A stretch of DNA of 64,000 nt. Source: Bdellovibrionales bacterium CG10_big_fil_rev_8_21_14_0_10_45_34 (GTDB lineage: Bacteria > Bdellovibrionota > Bdellovibrionia > Bdellovibrionales > 1-14-0-10-45-34). The stretch spans positions 192,995 to 256,994 of the forward strand of contig PEZS01000011.1 in the NCBI GenBank assembly GCA_002778785.1, in the 5' to 3' direction. This document shows, one piece after another, positions 27,971 through 36,829 of this stretch (positions are counted from its first letter, which is position 1; the number at the start of each line of letters is the position of its first letter). Under the pieces are notes generated by a model, which made no database searches, was not told the origin of the DNA, and saw only the letters and a program-made list of their open reading frames with translations. A program made the translations under genes and the position numbers.

Positions 27971-28888
27971 TCATCGTAAGAAAAAGGTCATTCGTCCCAG
28001 AATTGAAGACTCTCTTACGGCTTCGCAATCAAGTTGTAACTTCTCGTCACGAAAATTATTGTCGACTCCTAGGTCTTTGTACCACTTACCGCGGCAGTTC
28101 ATCTTAAATCGAATAGCAAGCTTGGGAAGACTGTTATGTTCGAAAAATCCAAGTAGCTCCGATGAGTTGTTGTTATAGTCTTTTTTGAAAATAGCTAACT
28201 CTGTGGGCACATAATTTTCGTAAAAAAGTTGATCCGCACCTTTTCGTTGAATGTTCGAATCCGCACCGTCGTCTATGTTTCTCAAGATTGCTACTCGCAT
28301 GTGTGCCACATAATCAGAGACTTCTGCGCAGTGACCGCTCAGTCTTAACCCTTCCCAGTGTTTTCGAATTGGGTTTTTAAAGTAGACAGCACCTAACTCT
28401 GTGTTTTGGGTGACAATCAAAGAGGTATCGCTTAACAACCTTCCTGTAGGAACATCTTCTTTAAATGCTACGCTCAACCAGTTCTGCCTATCGCCGGATA
28501 ACTTAATCTCGTCGGGCGACATAGTTACGGGATTTTCACCCCCTAGTGTCTCATTTGTTGAACCCAAATATGCTCTCATATCTCGCCAGTTGTGACAGGC
28601 AAGTTTATTATTAGCTCCACTAAGCCCCATCTTATACAACTCATCGCTCTTCAAATGGCTTAAGTCGAAGTCCATCGACTCTGGAACAAATTTTCGTTTT
28701 GTAATATCCACCCAAATAGAATTCGAACCATGAATCGAATATCCATTTGCGACCCTTCCTTGTCTTGTCTGCTGAGCTTCTATCGGATGGAACTTAAGAT
28801 AAAGCTCACTTGCGAGCGAGATCTGCGCGGCGAACACGGTACAGAATAAGGCAATCATCGTTTTAAAAGTTTTCGCAAATAATGCCAT
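27971..28888 (-). CDS. hypothetical exported protein
   Basis: 305 aa with signal peptide MIALFCTVFAAQISLA. No family recognised. Confidence 0.5.
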   Translation of the reverse strand: MALFAKTFKTMIALFCTVFAAQISLASELYLKFHPIEAQQTRQGRVANGYSIHGSNSIWVDITKRKFVPESMDFDLSHLKSDELYKMGLSGANNKLACHNWRDMRAYLGSTNETLGGENPVTMSPDEIKLSGDRQNWLSVAFKEDVPTGRLLSDTSLIVTQNTELGAVYFKNPIRKHWEGLRLSGHCAEVSDYVAHMRVAILRNIDDGADSNIQRKGADQLFYENYVPTELAIFKKDYNNNSSELLGFFEHNSLPKLAIRFKMNCRGKWYKDLGVDNNFRDEKLQLDCEAVRESSILGRMTFFLR

Positions 28889-29187
28889 TTTTTTACCTAT
28901 CCTCTGGTTTATATGTAGTATCTAATTCGTCCGCCGAAACTTCGCGAGCCACAAAACCACCTCGCACGGTTCCTTTGAAGCCCTGACAAATATTGAAGTT
29001 GAGTAAGGATTATACTCCGAATTCACCAACATGAGTGACTGAAAAGATTGCATTTTCGAGGGCCCAAATTTGACTCCGAGCTATCGTGTGCCCGCTGCAA
29101 GTCGCCACCTGATCGACTTGCATGTGTGACGACCCTCGAAGGTTCGGAGAGCCTCGCATTTAAACTAACTCGTAATTTAGAAAAAGC

Positions 29188-30168
29188 TTATTCCAGTTTG
29201 GGGGCGAAGTATTTTTCGTAAACGTCATGATCGAGCTCGCGCAGCTCTTGAAGTGAGGGTTTCTCGGGCTTCTCAGGGGCCTTATCGAGCAGATTTGCGA
29301 CCACAGCAGATTGAATTTCATCTAGAGTTTTGGCACCTTTGGCCTTCTCTGCCAACTTCGGATCGTAGCGTTTGATGTCGGCAATGGTGACCGCCTTGGC
29401 CTTAGCATCGAGTTGCTCAATTTCCTTTTTCACTTCTGGTGAGACTTTTTGACTCTTCTGAGCCTCTAGCCCTAAAATAAAGGTTTCTAGTTGAATCTTG
29501 AGAAGCTCCTGCTTAGAACTTTTATCAATTTTTAGCGTCGGCTCCTTATGGATTCCTGGTTTGATGGCAGCTTTATAAGAAGACTCCACGATGATTGGGG
29601 GAGCTGAGTCGCTAGAGCTTAGTGGTTTTACTTCCACTTGCCCCCTCATCACGGCCACGTCGGTTTCATCAGCATTGGGTCTATAATGTATAAAGAAATC
29701 TGTCCCTCTCACACCCGAAACAACGCTTTTGGTTTTAACCTTTAGACCCTTCATCGGACCCTGAGGATTTACGACACTTCGTATCTGACCGTAGATAAGA
29801 TTCATAATCATTGTCTTAGCATCCTTTGAACCACTGCTACTTTCCCAGTTGATAGAAAAGGCCGAATTGGTGCCGACGGTCATTTGATCTCCAGTCGGGA
29901 AAATAATTCTGACATGGCCGTCTGTGCCGGTGCTCACAACATCGCCCAAGAAAACTTTCAGCCCTGCTTTTGCCTTTTTCATTTGGTAAAACTGTTCTTC
30001 GAACTTCACGTGGGGCCCAGACCCAACCTTCGTCTGGCTTGGGTTTGAGTAAATTTCTACACGCCCTCTCGATGCGACTACGACCCCGTTGCCGGCGGCA
30101 AAGGCAAATAACGGAAGTATCAACACTCCTGACAACATCAGAAACATATGCTTAAGCGTAGACAACAT
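29188..30168 (-). CDS. exported FecR-domain protein
   Basis: Signal peptide. GDVVSTGTDGHVRIIFPTGDQMTVGTNSAFSI fits the FecR domain. Lys/Glu-rich C-terminus. Confidence 0.6.
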   Translation of the reverse strand: MLSTLKHMFLMLSGVLILPLFAFAAGNGVVVASRGRVEIYSNPSQTKVGSGPHVKFEEQFYQMKKAKAGLKVFLGDVVSTGTDGHVRIIFPTGDQMTVGTNSAFSINWESSSGSKDAKTMIMNLIYGQIRSVVNPQGPMKGLKVKTKSVVSGVRGTDFFIHYRPNADETDVAVMRGQVEVKPLSSSDSAPPIIVESSYKAAIKPGIHKEPTLKIDKSSKQELLKIQLETFILGLEAQKSQKVSPEVKKEIEQLDAKAKAVTIADIKRYDPKLAEKAKGAKTLDEIQSAVVANLLDKAPEKPEKPSLQELRELDHDVYEKYFAPKLE

Positions 30169-30238
30169 AGTACAGATCTCCCTATTCTGTTTTTGATAGA
30201 TTTTCTTATTGCAACACTAAACGGAGCGCGAACCAAAC

Positions 30239-31027
30239 ATGTATTTGAAGAATATTTTTATCAAAAATATCTTATCAGCATTGATCGCTCTACTGCTTAT
30301 TATAGTTGGAGATCCTGCTGAAGCACTTGCTCAGGCCGCAAGCGAGAAACCTACAGAGCCCAAAGACGCTTTATTGTACCCAGAGCTGAATGTAAACCCA
30401 TCGGCCAGCGATCGCTTGCTACGAGCCGCAAAAGACGAGCAATCGAATCGATGGATCACTCACTGGCCCATCCAGGTTTCTGCATTGGCTACGCTGTATT
30501 CTGGATTAACCATAGGTCAGCACCCGAAGAAGGCCACCGAAACAGACAGAGAAACGAGCGAGTGGGCAAAGAATGTCGCCTACGGTGTTGGAGGGGGCTG
30601 GATTTTAGCAACGATCGTTCTCAGTGCTGCACATCAGCCCTATCTCGAAGGCTATAACGAAGTGAAGAGGCTTTCTGAAAAGACAATGTCAGAAAAATTA
30701 ACCAAGGAGCGAATTGCTGAAGAACACTTACGAAAACCAGCTGAGCTTGGCCATAAAATTATGTACATCAGTATCGCTACTAACCTCGGAGCTTCACTCT
30801 TTGCCGCGTCCGCCGGGGAGCGTCCAGCAGAGATTATGGGCATTGTTTCTGCTGTTCTATCTTTGACTCCATTGATTTTTCGGTCGAACTGGATCGAGGA
30901 ATACGACACGCATTTAGATTATAAAAAGAAGATTTACGGCCCCGTAGCTTACTTCGGATTTATTCCTTCTTTTGATTCGCAGGGAGTCGATTTGGCACCT
31001 TCGACAAATCTTTCTTGGCGCTTTTAG
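30239..31027 (+). CDS. hypothetical membrane protein
   Basis: 262 aa with a signal or TM segment plus several hydrophobic segments. Ends ...NLSWRF. Confidence 0.45.
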   Translation: MYLKNIFIKNILSALIALLLIIVGDPAEALAQAASEKPTEPKDALLYPELNVNPSASDRLLRAAKDEQSNRWITHWPIQVSALATLYSGLTIGQHPKKATETDRETSEWAKNVAYGVGGGWILATIVLSAAHQPYLEGYNEVKRLSEKTMSEKLTKERIAEEHLRKPAELGHKIMYISIATNLGASLFAASAGERPAEIMGIVSAVLSLTPLIFRSNWIEEYDTHLDYKKKIYGPVAYFGFIPSFDSQGVDLAPSTNLSWRF

Positions 31028-32072
31028 TAGTTTGCCTCGGAGTTTTTTGGGCTAAACTATTAGTCCCTTCGACTTTTGGATTCTTCAGTCTCATTTCAGA
31101 ATCTTGCGCGGCTTGGGTCGTGCCGCCTACAGACGCATCATCATTCTTAGCAGGGTTTTTTAAAGCGGTTTTAATTTTAGATTGAATTGACTTAGCAGAT
31201 TCGTCAGCTCGTTTTGCTAAACTAATCTGTTCAGGGTTTGTAAGTCCTGCCAGTTTTAGCCCCATGTTTACGGCTGTTTCTTTAGTTCCAGCAAGCCCAT
31301 CTTGCTTGAGAGCATAGACATAGGCGGTGCGAAAATTCTCCTCGGCATCTGGGTGATAGCTAAGAACCTCGTGAGTTAAAGTAAGAGATTTAGCGAGTGT
31401 AAAACCAGCTTCTTGGTGATCGATAAGAAAGTGAAATAGTCTTTCAAATGAGCCAAAAACATCCCGCTGGAACTTTTCAGCCACGGCCAACCACTTGGAC
31501 GACCATTCAGCACACTGGGGCTTCGAATATTCGACCTCGCCAGAATCTAAGCAAAAAGCAACGAACTGGTTGTAAGTGGCAGAAATGACTTCCGGTGGCG
31601 CTGCGGTATCAAGGCTCCACCTTTGCGCAAGCCTGAGAGATGTCCACAAATCCAAATCGAGTCTTTCTTTTGAATAGGCATTTTCAAACAAAGTCACAAA
31701 CGAGTGTAAGTAGCCATCACTCTTTTGACTCAATTTCACCGCGAGCGGAATGGAATTAGCTGGAGTGACTCCGACTTTAGCCATCATTTCAAAAGCGCGT
31801 ACAAAGCGAGCCGCTGCACCTGTGCACCCCTCAGCAACCTGCAAGGCTATATTTTGCGATGAGGCATCTAAGAGTGGAGTTTGATCCCAAGAGCGCAAGA
31901 ACTCGAGCGTTGTGACGAACTCTTTGCTAGAGCTGCACCCTTGCCCGCTTAAGACTTTCCAATCTGGATTTTTTTGAGGTGCAGGGTCGGTTACGTTCAC
32001 CTCTGAATGTGCACAAAATGGTAACAAGACAGCGAGCAGCAAAAAATACGGTAAACTTTTGTTTTGAATCAT
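30960..32072 (-). CDS. hypothetical exported protein with a Lys-rich tail
   Basis: 370 aa with signal peptide LLLAVLLPFCAHS. Its 3' end overlaps the convergent gene by 68 bp. Confidence 0.5.
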   Translation of the reverse strand: MIQNKSLPYFLLLAVLLPFCAHSEVNVTDPAPQKNPDWKVLSGQGCSSSKEFVTTLEFLRSWDQTPLLDASSQNIALQVAEGCTGAAARFVRAFEMMAKVGVTPANSIPLAVKLSQKSDGYLHSFVTLFENAYSKERLDLDLWTSLRLAQRWSLDTAAPPEVISATYNQFVAFCLDSGEVEYSKPQCAEWSSKWLAVAEKFQRDVFGSFERLFHFLIDHQEAGFTLAKSLTLTHEVLSYHPDAEENFRTAYVYALKQDGLAGTKETAVNMGLKLAGLTNPEQISLAKRADESAKSIQSKIKTALKNPAKNDDASVGGTTQAAQDSEMRLKNPKVEGTNSLAQKTPRQTTKSAKKDLSKVPNRLPANQKKE

Positions 32073-32140
32073 TATGAGATTTATCGGAGATTTAGTGTCG
32101 GCAGATAAGCCTTCTTTCAGTCAAAAGTTGGGGCACCGTA

Positions 32141-35100
32141 ATGAATCCTGTAATTGATCCTGTTGATGATCCTATTAATGGTCCTGTTGCTGATACAGCA
32201 ATCGACTTTTTTGTTGAACCAGCAATCGACCTTGTTGTTGATTTAGTAATTGATCCCGTTGACGAGCCAGTTACCCGTCCACTGTTAAAAAGTCCTTGCT
32301 TGGTCTCGTTACGCCGTCACGTCCCCGTTTATTTAGCTCGCTCTGTGAAGTGCTTTCGCAAATCTGCCAACCTGCTCTTGTGTATTACGCTTCTGGTCTG
32401 TTTTTACTCGCTCAGGGCTCGAACCCAGGTTTCCCTGACAGACCAAAGTCCGGCTTCAATAGACTGGAAGTTTATCGAGACGGATTCGGTAAAGATTGTG
32501 TATCCATCACGTTTAAGAAAAAAGGCTGCGCAGATTGCCGAACTTATCGGTCATTATTCTCAGTATGTGGGCCGATCTTACGATCAGCAGAAACCACGCA
32601 AGTTCACACTTATATTGCGACCCGAGATGGCCTCGCCAAACGGATTCGTCACGCGGTCGCCGTTTAGGTCGGAGTGGTATTCATCTACCACTATAAACCC
32701 ATTTATCGGAGGCTTAGACTGGTACCAGGCGCTATCTATTCATGAGTATCGCCATGTTGTTCAGCTCGATTATTTTGATCAAGGCCTCGCCTCTACATTG
32801 AACTATCTATTTGGTGATACTGGTCTCGATCTTGCGCAAGTCTTCGCACTTCAGCCCTGGTTCCACGAAGGAGACGCCGTTTGGGCGGAGACCAAGTACA
32901 GCGATGCAGGTCGTGGCCGATCGCCGCGTTTTTTGGCAAGGCTGAAAGCATTGATGCTGGCCGGAGAGACTCCCTCTTACGATCAGTTTATCAGTGGTAC
33001 CTATAGCAATGAACTCGTTAATCACTATGTTTTTGGCTACATTCTAGTTTCTCAGGGATACAAAAAGTTTGGTGCCGATTTTTGGAAGAGTGTACTCGAG
33101 AGAAGCGCAGACTTTCCGTACCCTACCCGCATCACGCAGGCTTTTGAGCGGGTTTCTGGCCAAGACTTTTTTGATTTCTACGAAGAAACGTTTAACGATC
33201 TCAAACAAGTATGGTCAAAAGATCGCTTTAGCAATCTTGAGCCAACTGAATTCTCTGAAAAAATGAACCCTCAGTACGCTGGGGGGAGTTTGTATTTTGT
33301 AGAAAAAGATCTAAATTCATTTTCTGCTATCTTTCGCATGACGAAAAAAGGCAAAGAAAAAATTCGTGATATTCCCTACTCCGATATGTTTTCACGTTTA
33401 GACTTTCGGGGCAGCCACGCCATCTTCGTGGAGCAGCTTCCACATTGGAGATACGGGTTTAAGAGTTTTTCTGATCTCGTGCTTGTCGACTTAAAAGAGA
33501 GATCTCTCAAATATATCACATCGGGCGAACGACTTTACAATCCTCACTTCAACATATCGGGCGATAGGATTGTCGCGAGCGAATTTTTTGACGAGGCTCA
33601 TTCGAAAATTCAGGAGTTTGAAATTTCTGGCGAGCGCGCAAGAGCGCTTGCCATACCTGGGCTCGATCTTATTGAAGCTGTTCCCACTTCAGAAAACAGA
33701 GTTGTTGTGATTGCTGTCGACCGCTGGGGTTTCAAATCGATCATTCTTGCTGAGTTTGGGAATCAAAACTTTCGCACGCTTATACCAAAGACGAGGAACA
33801 ATATTTTTTGGCTCCAACATAGTGCCGGTGCGGTTCTTTTTGAAGCTCAGTACAAGGGATACAGCGAGGTATTTAAACTCGACATAAAATCGAATACGGT
33901 TTTTAGATGCACCCACAGTAAAATTGCCTCATATGCGCCGGCCTTTGCGAACAATTCTTTTGTTTTCTCGGAGCAAACACCCTATGGCTCTCGGCTAAAA
34001 AAACGCCCTCTTGCCGATTGCAAAAAAATCGAGCTTGGTGATCTTACAGACTACAATTACCTTAGCGATCAACCTAGCGACAATTATAACAATTTTGAAA
34101 CCAACCGAAGCTATGACCTTGTCAATTTTTCGCAAAATACGCTAGAGACCCAGAACAAAGAAAACAGTAAGAATTCTGATTTCGAAAAATCTGCCGATAC
34201 CACAACCCAGTTTAACGAGGGAGACTACGGTAGCTTTGACTCAAGAGCCTTCATCCCGCATTCATGGGGATTTTTTGTTGGCAATGGCTTTGGCCTTAGC
34301 TTACTGACTGACAATTACCTAGGTGATTTTGGCTCTGAGATTGCCCTTGGATCAAGCGCCGAAGAAAATCAGCCTTTTGCTTCAGCTAAGTTTAACTTCA
34401 AGAAGTATTGGCCCATATTCTCTCTCGTCGGCGAAGCACGTAAGCGCTCAACCGATGAGATGAGATCTGAGGCCGAGGTCTCATGGCGCGAATTCTACTA
34501 TGGTTTAGATATAACTTTGCCCTATGTTTTTCAAAATCATCTCTATAGCGGCGAGTTTGAGCTGAACTACTCTATCGGAGAAACATTAACTGACGAGTTG
34601 AGTTTAAGTGGCTTATCTTTAGGCAGTCGATCTGATACCAAGTATTTACGCCAAACCATAGGTGGCGCATTTTCTTATGCAAAGTCACTCACACCGAGGT
34701 CTTTGATTTCTCCTCTGAGTCTTGAAGCCTCAATGACTTATGAAGATGTACAAGCTCAACAACTCGAGCTGGGGAGGCCCGGCAGTTACAGAATTTTCGG
34801 TAAAAAAACGATCACATTGCCTGGCCCTTTTCTGAACGACGGATTTAAAATGGAATTCTCGGGGCAAAAGACAAGAGAGGGCGCGGGCAACTACCAGTTC
34901 TTGCCTCCGCAATTAAATCCTTTGAGCTACGTTCTGTCGCGGGGATACACTTATCAAGAAAACGAACAGTTCGTTAAAGCTAGCGGTAACTACGTCTTTT
35001 CGCTCTGGTATCCTGACATCAACTTAGGAGCCTGGTTTTACACGAACCGGATTTTTATGAATTTGTATTACGATCACACACAACTGAAGGCACTTCTTAA

Positions 35101-35257
35101 AAATTCTACGTTAAACAGCGCCGGCGGCGAACTCGAGTTTGAATCAAAAATCCTGCGTTTTCTGCCCATTAATCTGGGAATCCGCTATATTCATCGCTTC
35201 GAAGACTCCGCAGAAGGTGGCGAGATGTATTTGGCCACGCAAATCGACCTCGACTAA
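32141..35257 (+). CDS. large exported protein: gluzincin-like HExxH domain, probable beta-propeller region and a C-terminal beta-rich domain
   Basis: SIHEYRHVVQ (HExxH) with downstream WFHEGDAVWAE. Signal-like LLLCITLLVCFYSLRA follows residue 69, so the real start may be GTG at 32345. Confidence 0.55.
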   Translation: MNPVIDPVDDPINGPVADTAIDFFVEPAIDLVVDLVIDPVDEPVTRPLLKSPCLVSLRRHVPVYLARSVKCFRKSANLLLCITLLVCFYSLRARTQVSLTDQSPASIDWKFIETDSVKIVYPSRLRKKAAQIAELIGHYSQYVGRSYDQQKPRKFTLILRPEMASPNGFVTRSPFRSEWYSSTTINPFIGGLDWYQALSIHEYRHVVQLDYFDQGLASTLNYLFGDTGLDLAQVFALQPWFHEGDAVWAETKYSDAGRGRSPRFLARLKALMLAGETPSYDQFISGTYSNELVNHYVFGYILVSQGYKKFGADFWKSVLERSADFPYPTRITQAFERVSGQDFFDFYEETFNDLKQVWSKDRFSNLEPTEFSEKMNPQYAGGSLYFVEKDLNSFSAIFRMTKKGKEKIRDIPYSDMFSRLDFRGSHAIFVEQLPHWRYGFKSFSDLVLVDLKERSLKYITSGERLYNPHFNISGDRIVASEFFDEAHSKIQEFEISGERARALAIPGLDLIEAVPTSENRVVVIAVDRWGFKSIILAEFGNQNFRTLIPKTRNNIFWLQHSAGAVLFEAQYKGYSEVFKLDIKSNTVFRCTHSKIASYAPAFANNSFVFSEQTPYGSRLKKRPLADCKKIELGDLTDYNYLSDQPSDNYNNFETNRSYDLVNFSQNTLETQNKENSKNSDFEKSADTTTQFNEGDYGSFDSRAFIPHSWGFFVGNGFGLSLLTDNYLGDFGSEIALGSSAEENQPFASAKFNFKKYWPIFSLVGEARKRSTDEMRSEAEVSWREFYYGLDITLPYVFQNHLYSGEFELNYSIGETLTDELSLSGLSLGSRSDTKYLRQTIGGAFSYAKSLTPRSLISPLSLEASMTYEDVQAQQLELGRPGSYRIFGKKTITLPGPFLNDGFKMEFSGQKTREGAGNYQFLPPQLNPLSYVLSRGYTYQENEQFVKASGNYVFSLWYPDINLGAWFYTNRIFMNLYYDHTQLKALLKNSTLNSAGGELEFESKILRFLPINLGIRYIHRFEDSAEGGEMYLATQIDLD

Positions 35258-35351
35258 ACGTGCCTAGCTACTGAATTTCTCTCACTTAAACACACAATTG
35301 TTGGAACTCGCCGAGATCTCGGCCAGCTGGCCACTTTAGCGCTAAGAATTT

Positions 35352-35831
35352 CTACTTAGAGGCTCGAGTTCTTAGCTTTTTGAAGAACTCACTCAGCAGT
35401 TGCGCCGCCTCACTGGCAAGCAATCCTTCGTGAATAAGTACACGGTGATTTGTGCGAGGATCTGTAAGGGTTTCGTAAAGGCTCACGACCGCGCCAAATT
35501 TAGCGTCCCGTGTTCCAAAAAAGACTCTCGGGATTCGAGCTTGCAGTATTGCGCCGCAGCACATCAGGCAGGGCTCCAGGGTCACATACAATGTTGTGTC
35601 AAGGAGTCTCCAAGCCCCAAGAGTTTTTGTGGCCTCTAAAATTGCCAAACACTCGGCGTGAGCAAGCGGTGATTTGTCTGCCTCTTTACGATTAAATCCC
35701 TCAGAAACGACCTGGCCGTTTTTTACCAAAACAGCACCAACGGGTACTTCGCCCAACCTAGATGCTTCTGCTGCCATTTCTAAGGCTCTTTTCATAAATC
35801 GAGTATCTTCTAGATTGAATTCGGCTGACAC
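35352..35831 (-). CDS. tadA: tRNA adenosine(34) deaminase
   Basis: HAECLAI and PCLMCCGA zinc motifs. 159 aa. Confidence 0.9.
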   Translation of the reverse strand: MSAEFNLEDTRFMKRALEMAAEASRLGEVPVGAVLVKNGQVVSEGFNRKEADKSPLAHAECLAILEATKTLGAWRLLDTTLYVTLEPCLMCCGAILQARIPRVFFGTRDAKFGAVVSLYETLTDPRTNHRVLIHEGLLASEAAQLLSEFFKKLRTRASK

Positions 35832-36063
35832 GGGTACCTTCTCGCTTGGGCGCGCTCTTTCGAAGGCGATTCTAGTTAGCGCAAGTCATGCCCGTCTACC
35901 TTTTGTGCAATCAAAATGAGTTTTTCATGGGTTTGGGGTGTCTTGCAATTTTCCCTTCAGGCTCTTTGGTTAAATCCCTCTATTCGCCGGAGCCAATCCC
36001 TTTGACTCGGTGATTCCAGGCTGATAGACCTTGCGGATTGTATCTTGGAAGGTGGTGAATGTT

Positions 36064-36261
36064 TTGGCTCTGGTAAAAATACGTGACAATGAAAGCTTTG
36101 AGCAAGCTTTGAGACGCTTTAAAAAACAGTGTGAAAAAGCTGGCATCCTTTCTGAAGTCAAAAAGCGAGAGCACTACGAAAAAAAGAGCGTCAGGCTTAA
36201 GAAGAAGTCTATCGCCGCTCGTAAGCGTCTATTGAAAAAGCTAAAAAAGAGCTACGAGTAA
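36064..36261 (+). CDS. rpsU: 30S ribosomal protein S21
   Basis: [44 protein letters not shown] at 36064 is preceded by GGAAGGTGGTGA. The track start at 36031 is less likely. Confidence 0.9.
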   Translation: MALVKIRDNESFEQALRRFKKQCEKAGILSEVKKREHYEKKSVRLKKKSIAARKRLLKKLKKSYE

Positions 36262-36320
36262 ACCAGTAAATTATTTTTAGGCTCACCGAAACGACGCTAA
36301 ATCTTTCGGTCGAAAAATCG

Positions 36321-36353
36321 GGCCACCATTGATTTCTCTTGGTGGCCTTTTTT
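36321..36353 (+). terminator. rho-independent terminator or attenuator between rpsU and yqeY-dnaG-rpoD
   Basis: GGCCACCA, an 11-nt loop, TGGTGGCC, then TTTTTT. Confidence 0.8.
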
Positions 36354-36365
36354 CTTGGAGAAACT

Positions 36366-36815
36366 ATGAATCTAAAAGCACTCCTTACAGAAGATATGAA
36401 AACGGCTATGAAAGAGAAGAATTCGCTTCGTTTAGGCGCAATTCGCTTTTTGCAGTCTGCACTTAAAAACCGCGAAATTGAGCTCCGCCCAGAGCCGATG
36501 TCTGACGACGAAGCCTTTATCGTACTCAAAAAACTCGCAAAGCAACGAAAAGAATCCATCGACCAATATCAGCAAGCTGGACGTCAGGACCTCGTAGAAA
36601 AAGAGCAGGCGGAACTTGCGGTGCTCGAAGAGTATCTTCCGAAAATGCTGTCGGAAGAAGAAACCCAAAAGCTTGTAGCTTCTGTGGTTTCAGAGACTGG
36701 CGCTACTTCGGTAAAAGAGATGGGCCGAGTTATGAAAGAAGTGCTCGCTCAAGCTGGCGGTCGCGCTGATAACAAACTCGTCAGCGATCTCGTAAAGAAA
36801 CAACTTGGCCAGTAG
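36366..36815 (+). CDS. yqeY: GatB/YqeY domain protein
   Basis: LKALLTEDMKTAMKEKNSLRLGAIRFLQSALKNREIE. ATG at 36366 has a GGAG RBS. The track start at 36339 lies inside the terminator stem. Confidence 0.85.
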   Translation: MNLKALLTEDMKTAMKEKNSLRLGAIRFLQSALKNREIELRPEPMSDDEAFIVLKKLAKQRKESIDQYQQAGRQDLVEKEQAELAVLEEYLPKMLSEEETQKLVASVVSETGATSVKEMGRVMKEVLAQAGGRADNKLVSDLVKKQLGQ

Positions 36816-36829
36816 GCGACTAAAATTCT

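Noticed and set aside
32296-32667. 123-aa alternative-frame ORF inside the 5' end of the large HExxH gene.
   Set aside because: It overlaps a much longer ORF that has clear motifs, and it has no features of its own.
36339-36365. Track start for yqeY at 36339.
   Set aside because: It falls within the rpsU terminator stem-loop. The ATG at 36366 has a GGAG RBS and gives the conserved MNLKALL start.
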